DNA from: Felis catus
Lineage: Eukaryota
NCBI RefSeq assembly: GCF_018350175.1
Contig: NC_058368.1
Span: 6,200,001 to 6,264,000, forward strand
Length of the DNA stretch: 64,000 bases
Reading direction: 5' to 3'
Part shown: positions 27,291 to 40,670 of the stretch, one piece after another
Numbering within the stretch: position 1 is the first letter of the stretch
Layout of the letters: each line of letters begins with the position of its first letter
Position numbers and translations under genes: made by a program
The notes under the pieces: generated by a model
Databases searched by the model: none
Seen by the model: only the letters and a program-made list of their open reading frames with translations
Told to the model about the DNA's origin: nothing

Positions 27291-27484
27291 TAGATCAAAG
27301 AGGAGAAGCTGAGAGGCCACTATTTAGATAAGCTCTTAAATCACATGTTAAAGTCAAACATTCTAAAATAAATAAATAATAAAATAAAATATGTTAGTTC
27401 GTAAAGTCTTCGGTCAACTGTGTTTTAACCAAAAAATACTGAATTTTCACGTGAGTGCGACATTTCTATAGGTAGCAAGGTAAC

Positions 27485-27730
27485 AGTAACAATAATAATA
27501 GCAGCTAACACTTACTGTCTTTGTGCCAGGTACCATTATGTTTGCTTTCCATACATTAACTCATTTAATCCTGAAAACAAACCTTTGGTAGTAGGCACGA
27601 TTGTTAATCTCCCTTTGACAGATGGCATTACAAAGAGAGTAAGCACCTTGTCCAGAGTCACTCGGCTCATAAATGTCAAGTCAGGACTTGACCCAAGCAG
27701 TAACCTTGGAATCTCCCATTCATAACCCCT
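27485..27730 (-). mobile_element. MIR
   Basis: AATAATAGCAGCTAACAC...ATTAACTCATTTAATCCT...CTTGTCCAGAGTCAC. Confidence 0.8.
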
Positions 27731-27811
27731 CTGTACTTTACAAGTTCTGTATCAAGCATCGTATTTATTTAGACTAGGATAGCACTGGATAGCACAGGAG
27801 AGCTTTCTCTG

Positions 27812-27970
27812 ATGGTCTGTGCTATCCCATAGGGTAACTTCTACCCACATGTGTCTCTTGAGCTCTAGCAATGTACCTGATATGACTGAGAAATTGTTTT
27901 GTTTTGTTTTTTTAGTTTAATTTGGTTTTAGTTAATTTGGATTTAAATCTAAATAGCCACACATGGCTAG
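27812..27970. mobile_element. MER3-like DNA transposon
   Basis: CCACATGTGTCTCTTGAGC...AAATAGCCACACATGGCTAGT. Confidence 0.7.
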
Positions 27971-28302
27971 TTTATTATTTGTGTTATAATAATGTTTCCC
28001 CTTAATAGAAAAAGAATAGAAAAGACAAGAATTTAGTTCTGTCCTAAATTGGGCAAAGCAGTTCAGATAATGTGGATCATCGGTTTGGAGTAAGGCATAC
28101 GTTTAGTTACTTCTGAAAGGAGAACCAAGTAAGATCATGATTATTAGAATGACTAAATGTGAATTACTACATTAAATAGAAAATAAGTTTTCCTGTTGTT
28201 AATTTGGGGGAATAAATACCTTCAAATGGTGGCATTTTCATCAAAAAACATAACACTTCGCACATGTGTCCGAGGAGATGACTACGGGAAGTAACGCGGT
28301 AA

Positions 28303-28425
<123 letters not shown>

Positions 28426-28983
28426 TAAGTGACCCATCTATTAATTCACCAGCACGATGGAATTTTTTGGAGCGTGCTTTATTTTAGCTACCAACTCCAA
28501 GTTGCCACTCCTGTGACGGGAGGACCTGAGGAAATCCCCACAATAAGCCAGAAATGAGCTCTGGTGACCGAGGTGTCATTTAGGCATCTCTGGCCGTGTC
28601 TCGCTTTGCGAGACGTTGCCGGCTCTAGTTTCAGGCGCACTCCCGTTTCTTGGTGGCGGGTCGCGTGTGGGTGCTGCCACTCCCTCAGACTCCCCGAGGC
28701 CGCTCACCGCTGCACTCACACTCTGTGTTCCCAACTGCAGATCTCGTTCCCTAAGAGCAGTGACGTTGCAGCTGGCCTCTACGTTTCGGGTTTAGTAATA
28801 AAGAGTAAGCCTGGGCCAGAAGGAAGTTGAGTCATATTCGATGATCGATTATTTTTATACAGTTCTGAAAAGCCCTCCCACGGCCTGCTGTAATGTCACG
28901 GGTTAGAAGAGTCATCTCTTCACAGCCGCAGGAAGGGTGCTGGTTTTACAAATACGGAGGCAAAGTCCACCTTAAAAGATTAA

Positions 28984-29489
<506 letters not shown>

Positions 29490-29564
29490 TAAGAAAAATG
29501 CTGACTTTTGCGTACCTGGGGAAATGACACTGACACGAGTGTCACTGGCATGGAGAAACACTGA

Positions 29565-30040
29565 CTGATACAGTAGAGGGAGCTGGCTTTTGAACCAGAC
29601 AGGCCTAGAATGATCGAACTTAAACTACGCCATTGATCAACTCTGTGACCTTGGACAGACAGTGTGACATTTCCCGGCTTTAGTTTTTCATCTGTAAAAT
29701 GAGGGTAGCCAAGTCTAACTGGTAGCTGTTGTAAGAGTAGACGTGATAAATCCTAGCGCCTTAACTTGTAGCAGCAGCTCAGTCAGTGCTGTCTGTTGTT
29801 TTGAGACAGCCGTAAACCGATAACGATTAAGCACACAGGCTTTCAAATCCCAGCCCAGCCACTGACTTCGGGTAACCTTGAGTAAGTCATTCAGATGTTC
29901 CCAGTTTTCTCATTTGCAGAAATGGACAATGGCAAGTGTCAAGTTGTAACAACGATTTAACGAAAGAACGTATGCTGAGGCACAGTGGCTGGCCTGCCTT
30001 GAGTCCTTAACGGATGTTACCACTCTTACCGTCTTCATCA
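29565..30040 (+). mobile_element. Two tandem MIR copies
   Basis: TGTGACCTTGGACA...GTTTTTCATCTGTAAAATGAGG and TCAAATCCCAGC...CCTTGAGTAAGTCA...TTTCTCATTTGCAGAAATGG. Confidence 0.7.
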
Positions 30041-30084
30041 TCATTCCTGCCATCAGAAGTCTTAGTAGCATTCGTAGCACCCAA

Positions 30085-30273
30085 GTTTATTTATTTATTT
30101 TGAGAGAGAGAACGTGAGCTGGGGAGAGGCAGAGAGAGAGAGAGAGGGAAAGAGAGAGAGTCCCAGGCAGGCTCCGAGCGTTTGGCACAGAGCCCGACTC
30201 GGGGCTTGAACTCAGGAACCTGAGCCGAGATCAAGAGTCAGACGCTTCACCGCTGAGCCTCACAGGCGCCCCC
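30085..30273 (-). mobile_element. SINEC
   Basis: TTTATTTATT tail, GA tract, ...CAGGCGCCCC; CTTAGTA flanks. Confidence 0.88.
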
Positions 30274-31852
30274 TTAGTAAGCGCTTCTTAAGTGGTGGTG
30301 GTGATGCTGGTGGTGACTGTAATGATAAGAGCTTGTTGGGTACTTACTCTGCTAGCTTTTATACTAAGCATGAAACCTACATTATTTCATCATTATCTCA
30401 GAAAACTGATGCTTTCACGTGTTCCCCTGCCGAGCCGGGGGCAGACCCAGGACACAGACTCAGATCTGACTGCCAAGGCTGCCTGCTCGTGGATCCTGTC
30501 GAGTGACATTGTCAGTTCCTTTGCAGAAAGACCTGCTTTGAAAATCATATTCCACCTCCTTGCTCATTCTGATCATATTGCCAACTCAGCCGGGTTTCAG
30601 TGTGGAGAGGACACTGAAAGCTTGCCCAGTGAGAGTTACTTACCTACCAAAAGAGAAAAGGAGATCTTACTGAACTGGTGAGCTTCCCAGAGCTGCCACT
30701 ACGGTTCAGGAATAAGATCTTCACTCTTCGCTTTGGTTGAGGAGGGGGCCAGTCCACCGAACCGTGGAAATTCTTGAGACTCTGCCGGGGTAGCAGCTCT
30801 CTTCCAAGAACAAAACAGGGACGTCAAGGGCAGACATCTCTGAGGGTCGATGTTTGTTCAGACATCTCTCTCTCCCTATCTGGATGGAAAGAGTGCATCC
30901 TTCTTGGCCCAAGAGTGTGTTTGCACACTAAGGCATCCTTAGAATGAAGCGGAGCAGTGCTTGGACCTTTGCTACTGAAACCAAGAAAATGCTGCTGCAC
31001 TTCTTTGTTTCTTGGTGTTCTCATTGTGGTTGGTTTTTGTAGTGACTTCGATTTCACGTGTCCCCTCTTTTAAAATTCTATTTTGCCAGGGTAGGCAGAA
31101 TTTCGGATTGTATGATTTATTAAATACGCTTTGAAAGAGGAAAGTAGTAAGTTACGGCTAATCAGTTATCACATTTGTCTTGGGAGCTAATAATACGAGA
31201 CAGAGAGGTGCAGGAATGGGAATAATAATATAACAGGTCAAAATCAGAGGTCTCTAAACTCTATCACTGTTCTTTCCCTTTGTGCTCTTTTTAGAATTGA
31301 GAATACCATTCTTGTTACGTTTCTATAATTACGAACTTTTTGTATATACCTTGTAGCAGAAGATAAGAGTCATTAAAGGGCATAAAAATATTAAATGCCA
31401 AAGAGAATTATTCCGTGGTACCTTTTCTTGCCCTGTTCATTTTTTTTTCTATTTTTCAGTCACAAGCATGTTGAGAGGTTTCTACCGAAGAAACTAGCAT
31501 GTAAATTAGCTTTGAATTTCTTAGTGTGTCCATCACTAAGTTCATTTATAAACAACTCGAGCAAATTAATTATTACTTTTCAAGTAGGTACAAAACGGCT
31601 TAAAGAGGGAGGTTACTGCTCTAGAGAAACAACGAACTGCACAGCATTGTAATGAGACTCAGCCTGATATTGTTTGCTGGCAATACTCTGACCTCCACGA
31701 AGAAAAGCTGATATTAAAAGATTGGGGGTTTTCATCATGTTCCGTCTAGAGCTAGTATATGGCACAAGACTTTGAAATTCTTACTGCCTTGAAATCAGTG
31801 ACATTTTAAACACACATAAGCCTTGCTGGCTCGGGATGGAGCCGACTCTTAG

Positions 31853-32020
<168 letters not shown>

Positions 32021-33185
32021 GCTGCGCTGGAATGTTGTCCGTGCACCGTTGCTAGCGCTGTGGACTGACGGTGCAGCTCCCTGCGGGAACCCGGCATGGG
32101 CCACGGGAGTGTACTGTGCGCTCACATCCTCAGACTGTCCAGTAGCCAAGTTCCACCACTTTTCACAGACCGGGGTAGTGGCTTCCAAGTTGTACCTGTT
32201 CCGGAGTTAGACTTGAAAGAAAGTGCTAGCACAGTTTGTGTTGTGGATTTGCTACTTCCATAGTTTACTTGACATGGTTCAGACTGACCAATGCATTGTT
32301 TTCAGTGACAGTCTGTAGCAGTTGAAGCTGTGAAATGTGCTAGGGCGAGCATTTGTCGTTGTATGTGGTGAGTTCTTTCAGTGTAACAGCGTTCTCTGAC
32401 CAATAGTACACACACACACAAGTTTAACTGGTACTTGAAACATACGGCGTATGTTAACTCAACAAAATCACCAAGACGCAAAGTGAGATTATTTTGGTAC
32501 ACCTTTCATTTTAGTGTCTTATCAGTGGGTTGATTCATTTTTCTACATTAATCAGTGTTTTTTGACCAAGACTATTGCTTGGGTTTTTTTTGAAAGTACA
32601 GAAGCCACATAGTTTTTCCAGAAAGGTTTCAAAACTCCCAAAGATTAATTTCCAACTTATAAGTTCGTTTTTATTTTCAATCTATGACTTGACTGGTATT
32701 AAAGCTGCTATTTGATAGTAATTAAATATGTTGTCATTGATATAAACCTGTTTGGTTCAGCAAACAAACTGAAATGATTGTCATAGACAGTGTTTTATTT
32801 TTCCTGTTGGTGTTGCTGATTAGTGAGCATGCTTTAAGATGAAAAAAGCATGAATGATAACTTCCTCTGAAAGGTGCGGCATCCGATTCAGATATCCTGT
32901 CCCGATTTTAAAGCTGGTTGGTGTAGTGCTATTAAAATTTTGTTCAGTTAATTTTCCTTTTTAAAACTCGTTCGCACGTTGTTTAGGGTGCCCTTACTTC
33001 AGCAAAGGAGAAGGAGTAGGAGAGCCTTAGGATTTTTGAGGAAAAAAAAAAAAAAAACCTATAACATACAATGTACTGTATCAAACTATTTTACATGAAT
33101 GACACAAGTATTCTGAATTAAAAAAAAATTGAACATTGTTAAAAACAAGGTGTTATGTAATAAATTTATTTTTCATAAATCAAAA
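32021..33185 (+). other. CDK8: CDK8 3'UTR
   Basis: Follows the stop codon; AU-rich and free of interspersed repeats; ends after AATAAA at 33159-33164 with a T/GT-rich downstream region; cleavage site approximate. Confidence 0.8.
33159..33164 (+). terminator. Polyadenylation signal (proximal AATAAA)
   Basis: tgt-AATAAA-tttatttttcataaatc; upstream TGTA motifs, downstream T-rich elements. Confidence 0.75.
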
Positions 33186-33257
33186 TATGGAGTCAGCTGT
33201 ATTTTTATATACACAAAGGTGTTTTATTTTAAAATGTGCCTTAACAAGTGGCCTGTA

Positions 33258-33263
33258 AATAAA
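33258..33263 (+). terminator. Second AATAAA (possible distal poly(A) signal)
   Basis: tgtaAATAAAtctctgtgattgttttc, ~100 nt downstream of the first. Confidence 0.4.
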
Positions 33264-33848
33264 TCTCTGTGATTGTTTTCATTAATAATGTCTATATATT
33301 CTACCTCTGTAGTGGAGTAATGACTTAGGATGTATATACGGGTTCTTTCCTCTGCTGCACTTCGTACTATGATAGATGTGGAGTAGACACCTTTCTAATC
33401 GAAAGAATTATGATGAGCTTTCCATTTCTAGAATAAGGCGTAATTCTGTCTTATGCTGAGAACAATTTGTTTTATCCCAAATAGTTCTTTTTCCTCCCTC
33501 CTTTCGCACAAAACCCAGAAGATTTAAAAAGCTGACATAATTTTTTTCCTAAAAATTCAACTCATTCGGATAAAAACATTCGAAGAACTAAGGAATTCCC
33601 AATCCTGCTAGGCCGGATCAGAGCAGTGAGGATAATTTAGGAGCTAGACCTGTGTTGCCACATGACGTCTTGCCGCCCCGGCTCGTCCGCACAGCGCGGG
33701 GATCTGATCACGGAGCTCCCTCCCCAGGGCCCTCAGGAGCTGCCCTCTGACCACAGACTGAGTCAGTCTGACTTCTGTCAGTACCCTAACCCGCCTTCCT
33801 ATTTCCCTTCACTCGAATTGCCTTCTGTTTTTCCTCCCTGCCTTTGAT

Positions 33849-34012
33849 GCAGTGGCTTCCAACCTCAGTGGGCGTGAAAATGATCTACAGTTTGTTTTCT
33901 CTGGGTCTAGTCCCAGAGGTTGGTTCAGGGGCGCAGGGAGGACACGGAATCTTCATTTTTAACCAGCTCCTCAGTTGGTTCGGATGTGGTTGTCTGAGGA
34001 ACACAGGAGAAC
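33849..34012. mobile_element. MER5-like DNA transposon
   Basis: CAGTGGCTTCCAACCT...TTTTTAACCAGCTCCTCAGTTGGTTCGGATG...TGAGGAACACAG. Confidence 0.55.
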
Positions 34013-34121
34013 ACCTCCAAGCTGGTCTAAAGATTTGAGCAAACGGCAGTTCAGAGACTTGGAGAGAGGGCCACCGAGGCGACAACCCGCCTCCTGCATG
34101 AATTTCAAAAAATAGAACCCT

Positions 34122-34250
34122 GGGGCACCAGGGCTGCTCAGTCTGTTAGGCATCTCTTGATTTTCGGCTCAGGTCATGATCCCAGGGTCGTGGGATCCGG
34201 CCTCCCACCCTGGTTCCACGCTGAGCGTGGAGACTGCTTAGGATTCTGTC

Positions 34251-34282
<32 letters not shown>

Positions 34283-34330
34283 CCCCCCCCCCCGTCTTTC
34301 AAATAAAAAATAAATTTTTTTTCAAAAAAG
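34122..34330 (+). mobile_element. SINEC (older)
   Basis: GGGGCACCAGGGCTGCTCAGTC head, CT tract, A tail. Confidence 0.85.
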
Positions 34331-34446
34331 TAAAACCCATTATGGCAAGTTCCACTGGAAGTGTTGGAAACGCCTAGGGCTCAGTTCTCAGATTTTTAAA
34401 TTTAGCAACCCCTGTTCTCTGAGGGATCCTGTCCAAACTTGAGGAG

Positions 34447-34564
34447 TTAAACATATTGACATATGTTTATGACATATTAACATATGTCATATAACATATA
34501 TATGTGGCATATGACATATAAACATATTAACATATGACATATGTTAACCATCAAATTGACATAT
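34447..34564. repeat. CATATG/GACATAT low-complexity palindromic repeat
   Basis: Repeated ACATAT/ATATGT units, read directly. Confidence 0.8.
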
Positions 34565-34689
34565 CCAGCCTATTTCATATACGGGTATATTGAATTGCAT
34601 CTGTGACGAGAAACATGCACAGACCTACACCCCGTCGTCCTCCAGCCCGTTCCTGGCTTTATTTCTCTGTGTTGCACGTATATTTGACT

Positions 34690-35845
34690 GTTGTCTGTCT
34701 CTTCCCTGTACAACAGAACCCCCCCCCGGGAGTAGCCTGTACCGTCTCAGCCTCTCCTCTTTTCCCTTGGCCCTGGGTGAACGCATCATCCAGGCTCAGG
34801 ACTCGGGTAGGATCCCGGCTTTCCCGTCCAGACCTACCTGCCGCATCTGACTCATTACTGCAGATTGTCTCTAGACCAAAGATACCTGAAGCCGACTCCG
34901 GCCTCCGCCTTCCACTCTGCTCCCTTTACAGACTTAACCATCTCCGTGGCCACGAACCCCTCCCTCCCAGCCGTCCAGGCCGCACCGACACTGTGGCGTC
35001 ATCCTTGCTCACACGCGCTATTCCCGTTCCGCGTGCAAACCCCGGGCGCTTTCCCTTTATATCCCCGGGTGAACCGCCCTCCCCGCCTTTGCGGCCCCAC
35101 TCTGCGCCAAACGACAGCCACCCACCTCTTCCCTATAGACTCTTACACAAGCGTCCTGCCTGTTTCCGCCCTGTCTCCTCAGCCTCCAGCAGCCCGAGGG
35201 ACCCTTTTAACACAGCCCGTGCCACTCCTCTGCTCTCGTCCCCGCAGTGCTCCTGGCTCAGTGAGAGCCACACAAGTCCCTGCACGCCGTGGCCTCCCAT
35301 TTCGTACACCTGTCTTCTGTCACCCTTCTGTCCTGCGCCGTTCCTCCAGCTTGCCAAGCATGTCTTGTCTCACGGCTCTCACACCCTATTCCGGCTGCAT
35401 CTGTCTCCCGCTCTCCCCAGCTTGGCTCGCTCCCTCACTTCGTCAGGTCTGCTCAAATCTCATCCTAGAGAGGCTCTTCCTTTCCACTGTGAAATAGCAG
35501 CCTGCCCCCCGCCTCCCCACCCCAGCCTCCTTCTCTGTCCCCTTCAGCCGGGCCTCATTTGCCCCCATAGCACTGACCGCTACCAACTCCGGCTTGCTTG
35601 GTCTTCCTCCCCACCCCACCAGAAGATAAACTCCAGGCAGGCGGTCGTTTTTCGCTGAGATGTCGTTGACCTGTCATCGGTCCTGCTTACGGGGTGAGAG
35701 GTGTTGATTGGATACACGTAGGTATTCAGCATGATTGCCACAGTGTTAGCTGACACCTCTAGGCGGTCTTTTCATCTACGGCAACTGGAAACGTGCCTTA
35801 CATATGACAGTACATATGACATACTGAGTGAATGAATGAGTGAAC
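34690..35845 (+). mobile_element. Long L2 remnant, CpG-rich
   Basis: Pyrimidine-rich L2 3' motifs (CTCAAATCTCATCCTAGAGAGGCTCTTCC, AGAAGATAAACTCCAGG, GAGTGAATGAATGA end). Confidence 0.65.
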
Positions 35846-36330
35846 AAACGACTCCACGTTGGGACATCAAATAGGATCTCAACTCCAGCATATCCAAAAG
35901 AGAACTTTCAATCTTCTCTCCCTCGCCAAGCTCTGGCTTCCTAACTGGCCCCTGGCTCCCGCTCGCACCATTCTGTGGCCTGCCTTCCACACGGCACCGA
36001 TCCTTCCTCTCCAGAACACTGATCACTACTTGACATTGGTATACATCTAGGGTTTTCTTTTTTGTTTGTGTACTTGTTTATTGCCTGTCTCCCCCATGGA
36101 GTAAGGATTCTGTAGTCCTTTTAAAGAATAAACTAGAATGGTCATCGTACATGCTCATAAGCCTTCAGTGGCTTCCTGAGTCAGTCACACTTAGGAGGTT
36201 ATGTGTTTTTTCAGGAGGATATTTGTAGACATCAATAAACTTTTTCTAAAATTTATGGAGAAGCGAAAGCACTAGAATGAAGGAGTACATAGAAGATGCA
36301 TTATGTGATTTTAAGCCTTAGCTAGACCTA

Positions 36331-36537
36331 GGGGCGCCTGGGTGGCTCAGTCAGTGAAGCATCGCACTTCTGCTCAGGTCATGGTCCCACAGTTAGTGAG
36401 CTTGAGCCTCGCATCGGCCTCTGCACCGACAGCACAGGCCTTGCTTCGGACCGTCTGTCTCCCTCTCTCTGCCCCTCCCCCGCTCACACTCTTTCTCCCA
36501 GAAATAAAAGAATAATTAAAACAAACAAACAAAAAAA
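36331..36537 (+). mobile_element. SINEC
   Basis: GGGGCGCCTGGGTGGCTCAGTCAG head, A tail. Confidence 0.9.
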
Positions 36538-37816
36538 GACATCTAAACCCATAGTAATTAAGACATTGTGATATTGGAGAAAGAATAGTCTTATAAATCA
36601 GTAGAACATGATGAGTCCAGAAAGGCACTGACACATAGAAGGGCAATCGACTTTCCAAAGAAGGGCGAAAGCATTTTAGCAGAGAAAAGATCGTCTCTTC
36701 AGCAAATGATGCCGGAGCAATTTGATATCCTTAGGCAAAACCAAGCGAACAGAGCCTTAATTCAGACCTTGTACTCCATACAGAAATGAACTCAAAATGG
36801 ATCATAGACCTAAATCTAAATATGAAACCTGTAGAATAAAATGTAGGAAAAACCTTTGTGACCTCGTGTTAAGCAAACATTTCTTAGATATAATACCAAA
36901 CGCACGATGCAGAGGAGAAAAGATTGACTAAGTTAGACTCTATCACGATCAAGAACTTCTGCCCTTTGACAGACTGTTATGAGAACGGAAGACAAACACT
37001 GACTGGGAGAAGATATTTGCAAGTCCCGCGAGAACTTGTCTCTGGAAACAACCCTTAAAACTCAGTAATTAAAAAAACAAACAAACAATTTTTTTATGGG
37101 CAAAAGATGTGAATAAACATTTCGCCAAAGAAGATAAACAGATGGCAGATAAGCTCATGGAGAGATTCTCAACATCACTGCCCATTAGGGAACTGCAAAT
37201 TAAAACCACAATGAGATCCTACTACACACCTATTAAAAAGGCTAAAATTAAAAAATAACGGAGTACCACATACGTGAAGATGCGGGGTAACTGGAACTCT
37301 CACGTCACTAGTGGGAATACCAAGTGACACCGTCGTTTTAGAAAAGGTGAACAGTTTCTTTTTAAAGTTCAACACACCCTTGTCCTACAAGTTAGCCGTC
37401 CCGAGTGAAGCGAGAGCACGTTCCCACAAAAACCTGCACACAAATCTTTGCAGGGGCTTTATCTGTAATTGCTAAAAGGTGGAAACCTATCCGTACCTTG
37501 ACCAAAACACATGCCGTAAAATGGTGAATTTCCCAGGCAGTGAAATGGAAAGTGCGTTACTGATACACATAACGTGAATGATTCTCAGCTCGTGATGCTA
37601 AATGAAAGAAGTCCATACTGTGCGATCTCATTTCTATGGCATTCTGGAAAAAGCAAAATTATAAGAACAGAAAACAGACCACTAGTTGCCGGGGGCGGGA
37701 GGGAGAAGAGGGATCCGCTAAATAAGAACATGTTGGTATGTTTTTGGGTGATGAAACCTCTATACCCTGATCTTTGTCATGGCTACACAACCGTAAGCGT
37801 CAAAACTCACAGAATT

Positions 37817-38030
37817 GGGGCACCTGGGTGGCTCAGTCAGTTAAGCGTCTGACTCTTGATTTTGGTTCGGGCCATGATCTCACAGTTCGTGGGTTCAAGC
37901 CCCATGTCAGGCTCTGCGCTGCTAGCGTAGAGCTTGCTGGGGATTCTCTGCTCCCCTTCTCTCTGCCCTTCCCCTGCTCGCGCACTCTTGCTCTCTCTCC
38001 CTCAAAAATAAGTAAACATTTGTTTAAAAA
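37817..38030 (+). mobile_element. SINEC
   Basis: GGGGCACCTGGGTGGCTCAG head; AAAACT..CAGAAT flanks. Confidence 0.9.
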
Positions 38031-39325
38031 CTGGCAGAATCGTTCAGGTGAATTTTAGTGGCTTTGCATAAACTCTACCATAGTAGAAGACAAGAGGGGA
38101 AGAAAAGGACCAACAATATCCAGTGTTGGCAAGGACGGGGAGCGGCTGGAACTGTCATACATTATTAGTAGCAATATCCAATAGAACAGCCACCCTGGAA
38201 AACAATTTGACAATTGCTTATAAAGTTATACATATTTCCCAGGGGACCCGGCAATTGCACTCTTGTGTGTTTACCTGAGAGAAATGAAAACATGTCCACA
38301 CAATGTTCAAAGCGCCTTTATTATAGCACCAAAATGGATGTCTACCAACAGATGAATAGATAAACGAACTAGTATATGCATGAAGTGGGGTATGTTACTT
38401 AGCAGTAAAAATGGAGGTTCCGTAGACTCTTAATTGTAATGATAGTATAGGTATACATTTTGCAAAACTCCTGAAACTGTACACTTTCAATTGGCAATTT
38501 GTAAATGATGTCTTAAAGTCAGTCTGCTTAAGATGCAGTAATCCATAAAGCGCTGAGCACACGCCTCGCCTATAAGCATTCATTAAATGTTAGCTATTAT
38601 TAGCATTCTCTCTATATGGAGATATGATTTTTCTGAAGACTTAAAATATGACCTACTTCTAGCAGGTAAGTTGAACTTTGGGGGTCACGTCACGGCCAGA
38701 TGTCTCCTCACCCTTCACAATGAACGTAGAGCAATTATATGAACGTAAGCAGAATTCTTGACGTCAATAATTCCAGGGCTGAAATAGTTAAAGGTAACTC
38801 CGATTTCAATAACCCATCATGAAGTTTTTTTTCTTTCTTAAATTCAGGGAAGGTGAGGGGCTCCTGCTCTTTACTGAACAATTAATTCTCCTCATCTCAC
38901 TTAGGGACAGCTGTGAATTTTCTCATAACCTGAATGTGTTTTGAGGGAGCAATGGAACTGAATCCGCATTTACTGAGCATTTGGTATCTCAGAGAGGCTG
39001 TTAGGGCCTGTGGCCAAACAGAACTGAAACAAACCACAATCCCTATCCTCAAATACTCATGGAATTTAATTTAGTTGAGGAGGCAGGATACACGTATGGG
39101 AAATAAAGCAATGGATGCCATTATTGGATCAAGCACTAAACGGAAGGTTAAGAACCATAACTATTTCTCTTTTGAGAAGAGAAAGTAGTACAGTGGGAAA
39201 GATTTCGGGGGTTGGGTGGGGAGACTATCGGTGAAAAGCATCAGAAAGAACGTGAGTTTGGGACCTTGGGCTTTGGTCGAGTCGTTCTCTTCCAAGCTCT
39301 GTAAATATTAAGAATTGTAGTAACA

Positions 39326-39520
39326 GGGCGCCTGGGTGACTCAGTCGGTTGAGCATCCGACTTCGGCTCAGGTCACGATCTCACGGTTCGTGAGTTCAAG
39401 CCCCACATCGGGCTCTCCGCTGTCTGCGCAAAGCCCACTTTGTATCCTCTGTCCCCCTCTCTCTGCCCCTCCCCCGCTTGTGCTCTCTCAAAAATAAATA
39501 AAACGTTAAAAAAAAACTTA
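39326..39520 (+). mobile_element. SINEC_Fc
   Basis: GGGCGCCTGGGTGACTCAG head; TSD AAGAATTGTAGT. Confidence 0.92.
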
Positions 39521-40254
39521 CAGAAAAAGAATTGTAGTGGTAACTATGATACTTTCAGTGAGTCACCGAAATGCGTAAGGTGCTGTGGAGAGCAAGCTCC
39601 ATCGCTGTTCAGAGTTGCCTAATTAACTTTGTTATCTCAGCTTGACCCTAAAATAACACTGCCTGCCTACCATTTGGAGAATTAAGTACAAATGTACTTG
39701 TCTCAGTGTACAAATGAGACAAAATGAAGTTTGGAGAGATCGTGCCCCGCAAAGTCAGTCGGCTGTGTGGTAAAGTCAGATTACTGTAGCATCCAGGCCC
39801 CAGAGAAAGGAATAAGTCTAAGGTGGTCACCCACGGTGACGTGGCCACTCTGTTCAGAGCACTAAACGTGTCCTGGGCAGCAATGGCCACAGATGAAATT
39901 GGTAAGCTCGTGGAAGGCCAGTGAGGACCGTTTTGTGTACAAATAAAGTCATTTCTTAGGTGTGTTTTTCCATTTAAGTTACAAAGTACAAAGAGAATTT
40001 GCATTTTACCGGTTATTGATAATGTCTGTTGAAAGCATACTCAACAGTGCTAATGGATGTAAAAACTGATGCTGGCTTAATAGACCCTAAAATCCGCTTG
40101 ATAGGCGGTAATTGCTTTCCCAGTTGAGTTTCTTTATTGGTGGAATATATGCTATACATAGGCAAAAATAGATAACGAACAATTGTCTCTGATTTAATCA
40201 AGGACTTTTCCTAATAACAAACTACGCTGGACTCCTCTCCTGGTCCCCTTCTCC

Positions 40255-40670
40255 GTCCAGTACCATAACTGTTTTACTGTGAGTTTGTAGTGCAGACTGA
40301 AGTCACGGAAGTGTGGTGTCATTTCTGTTGTTCTTCGTCAGGACCGTGTCGCTTTTGGGGGTCTTTTGCGATTCCGTGCATATTTTAGGATCGTCTTTTC
40401 TATTTCTGCGAAAAGTGCCATTGGAATTTTGATAGGGATTGCATTAAATCTGTAGATTGCTTGGGTACTTTGGGTATTTTGGCAATGTTAATTCTTCCAT
40501 TTAACCAACATGGACTATCTTGCCATTTATTTGTGTTATCTTCGATTTCTTTCATCAATGTTATAGTTTCCAGTGTATAGGTCTTCTCTCTTCCTCGGTT
40601 AAATTTATTCCTGGGTATTTTATTCCTTTTGATGCAATTATAAATGAGAGTGTTTTTAAAATTTCTTAAC
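40255..40670 (-). mobile_element. L1 ORF2 fragment
   Basis: GCCATTGGAATTTTGATAGGGATTGCATTAAATCTGTAGATTGCTT, reverse strand of L1 ORF2. Confidence 0.85.

Larger units (their letters stand above)
36190..38510 (+). mobile_element. Old L1M elements (ORF2 3' part plus 3'UTR), interrupted by SINEs
   Basis: AACTCAAAATGGATCATAGACCTAAAT, GCAAATTAAAACCACAATGAGAT, GAAATGAAAACATGTCCACA L1 motifs; A-rich, degenerate. Confidence 0.85.

Noticed and set aside
34603..35658. 351-aa + ORF and overlapping 210-aa ORF
   Set aside because: Pro/Ser/Leu-rich with no recognisable domain; lies on a C-rich L2 remnant where stops are depleted.
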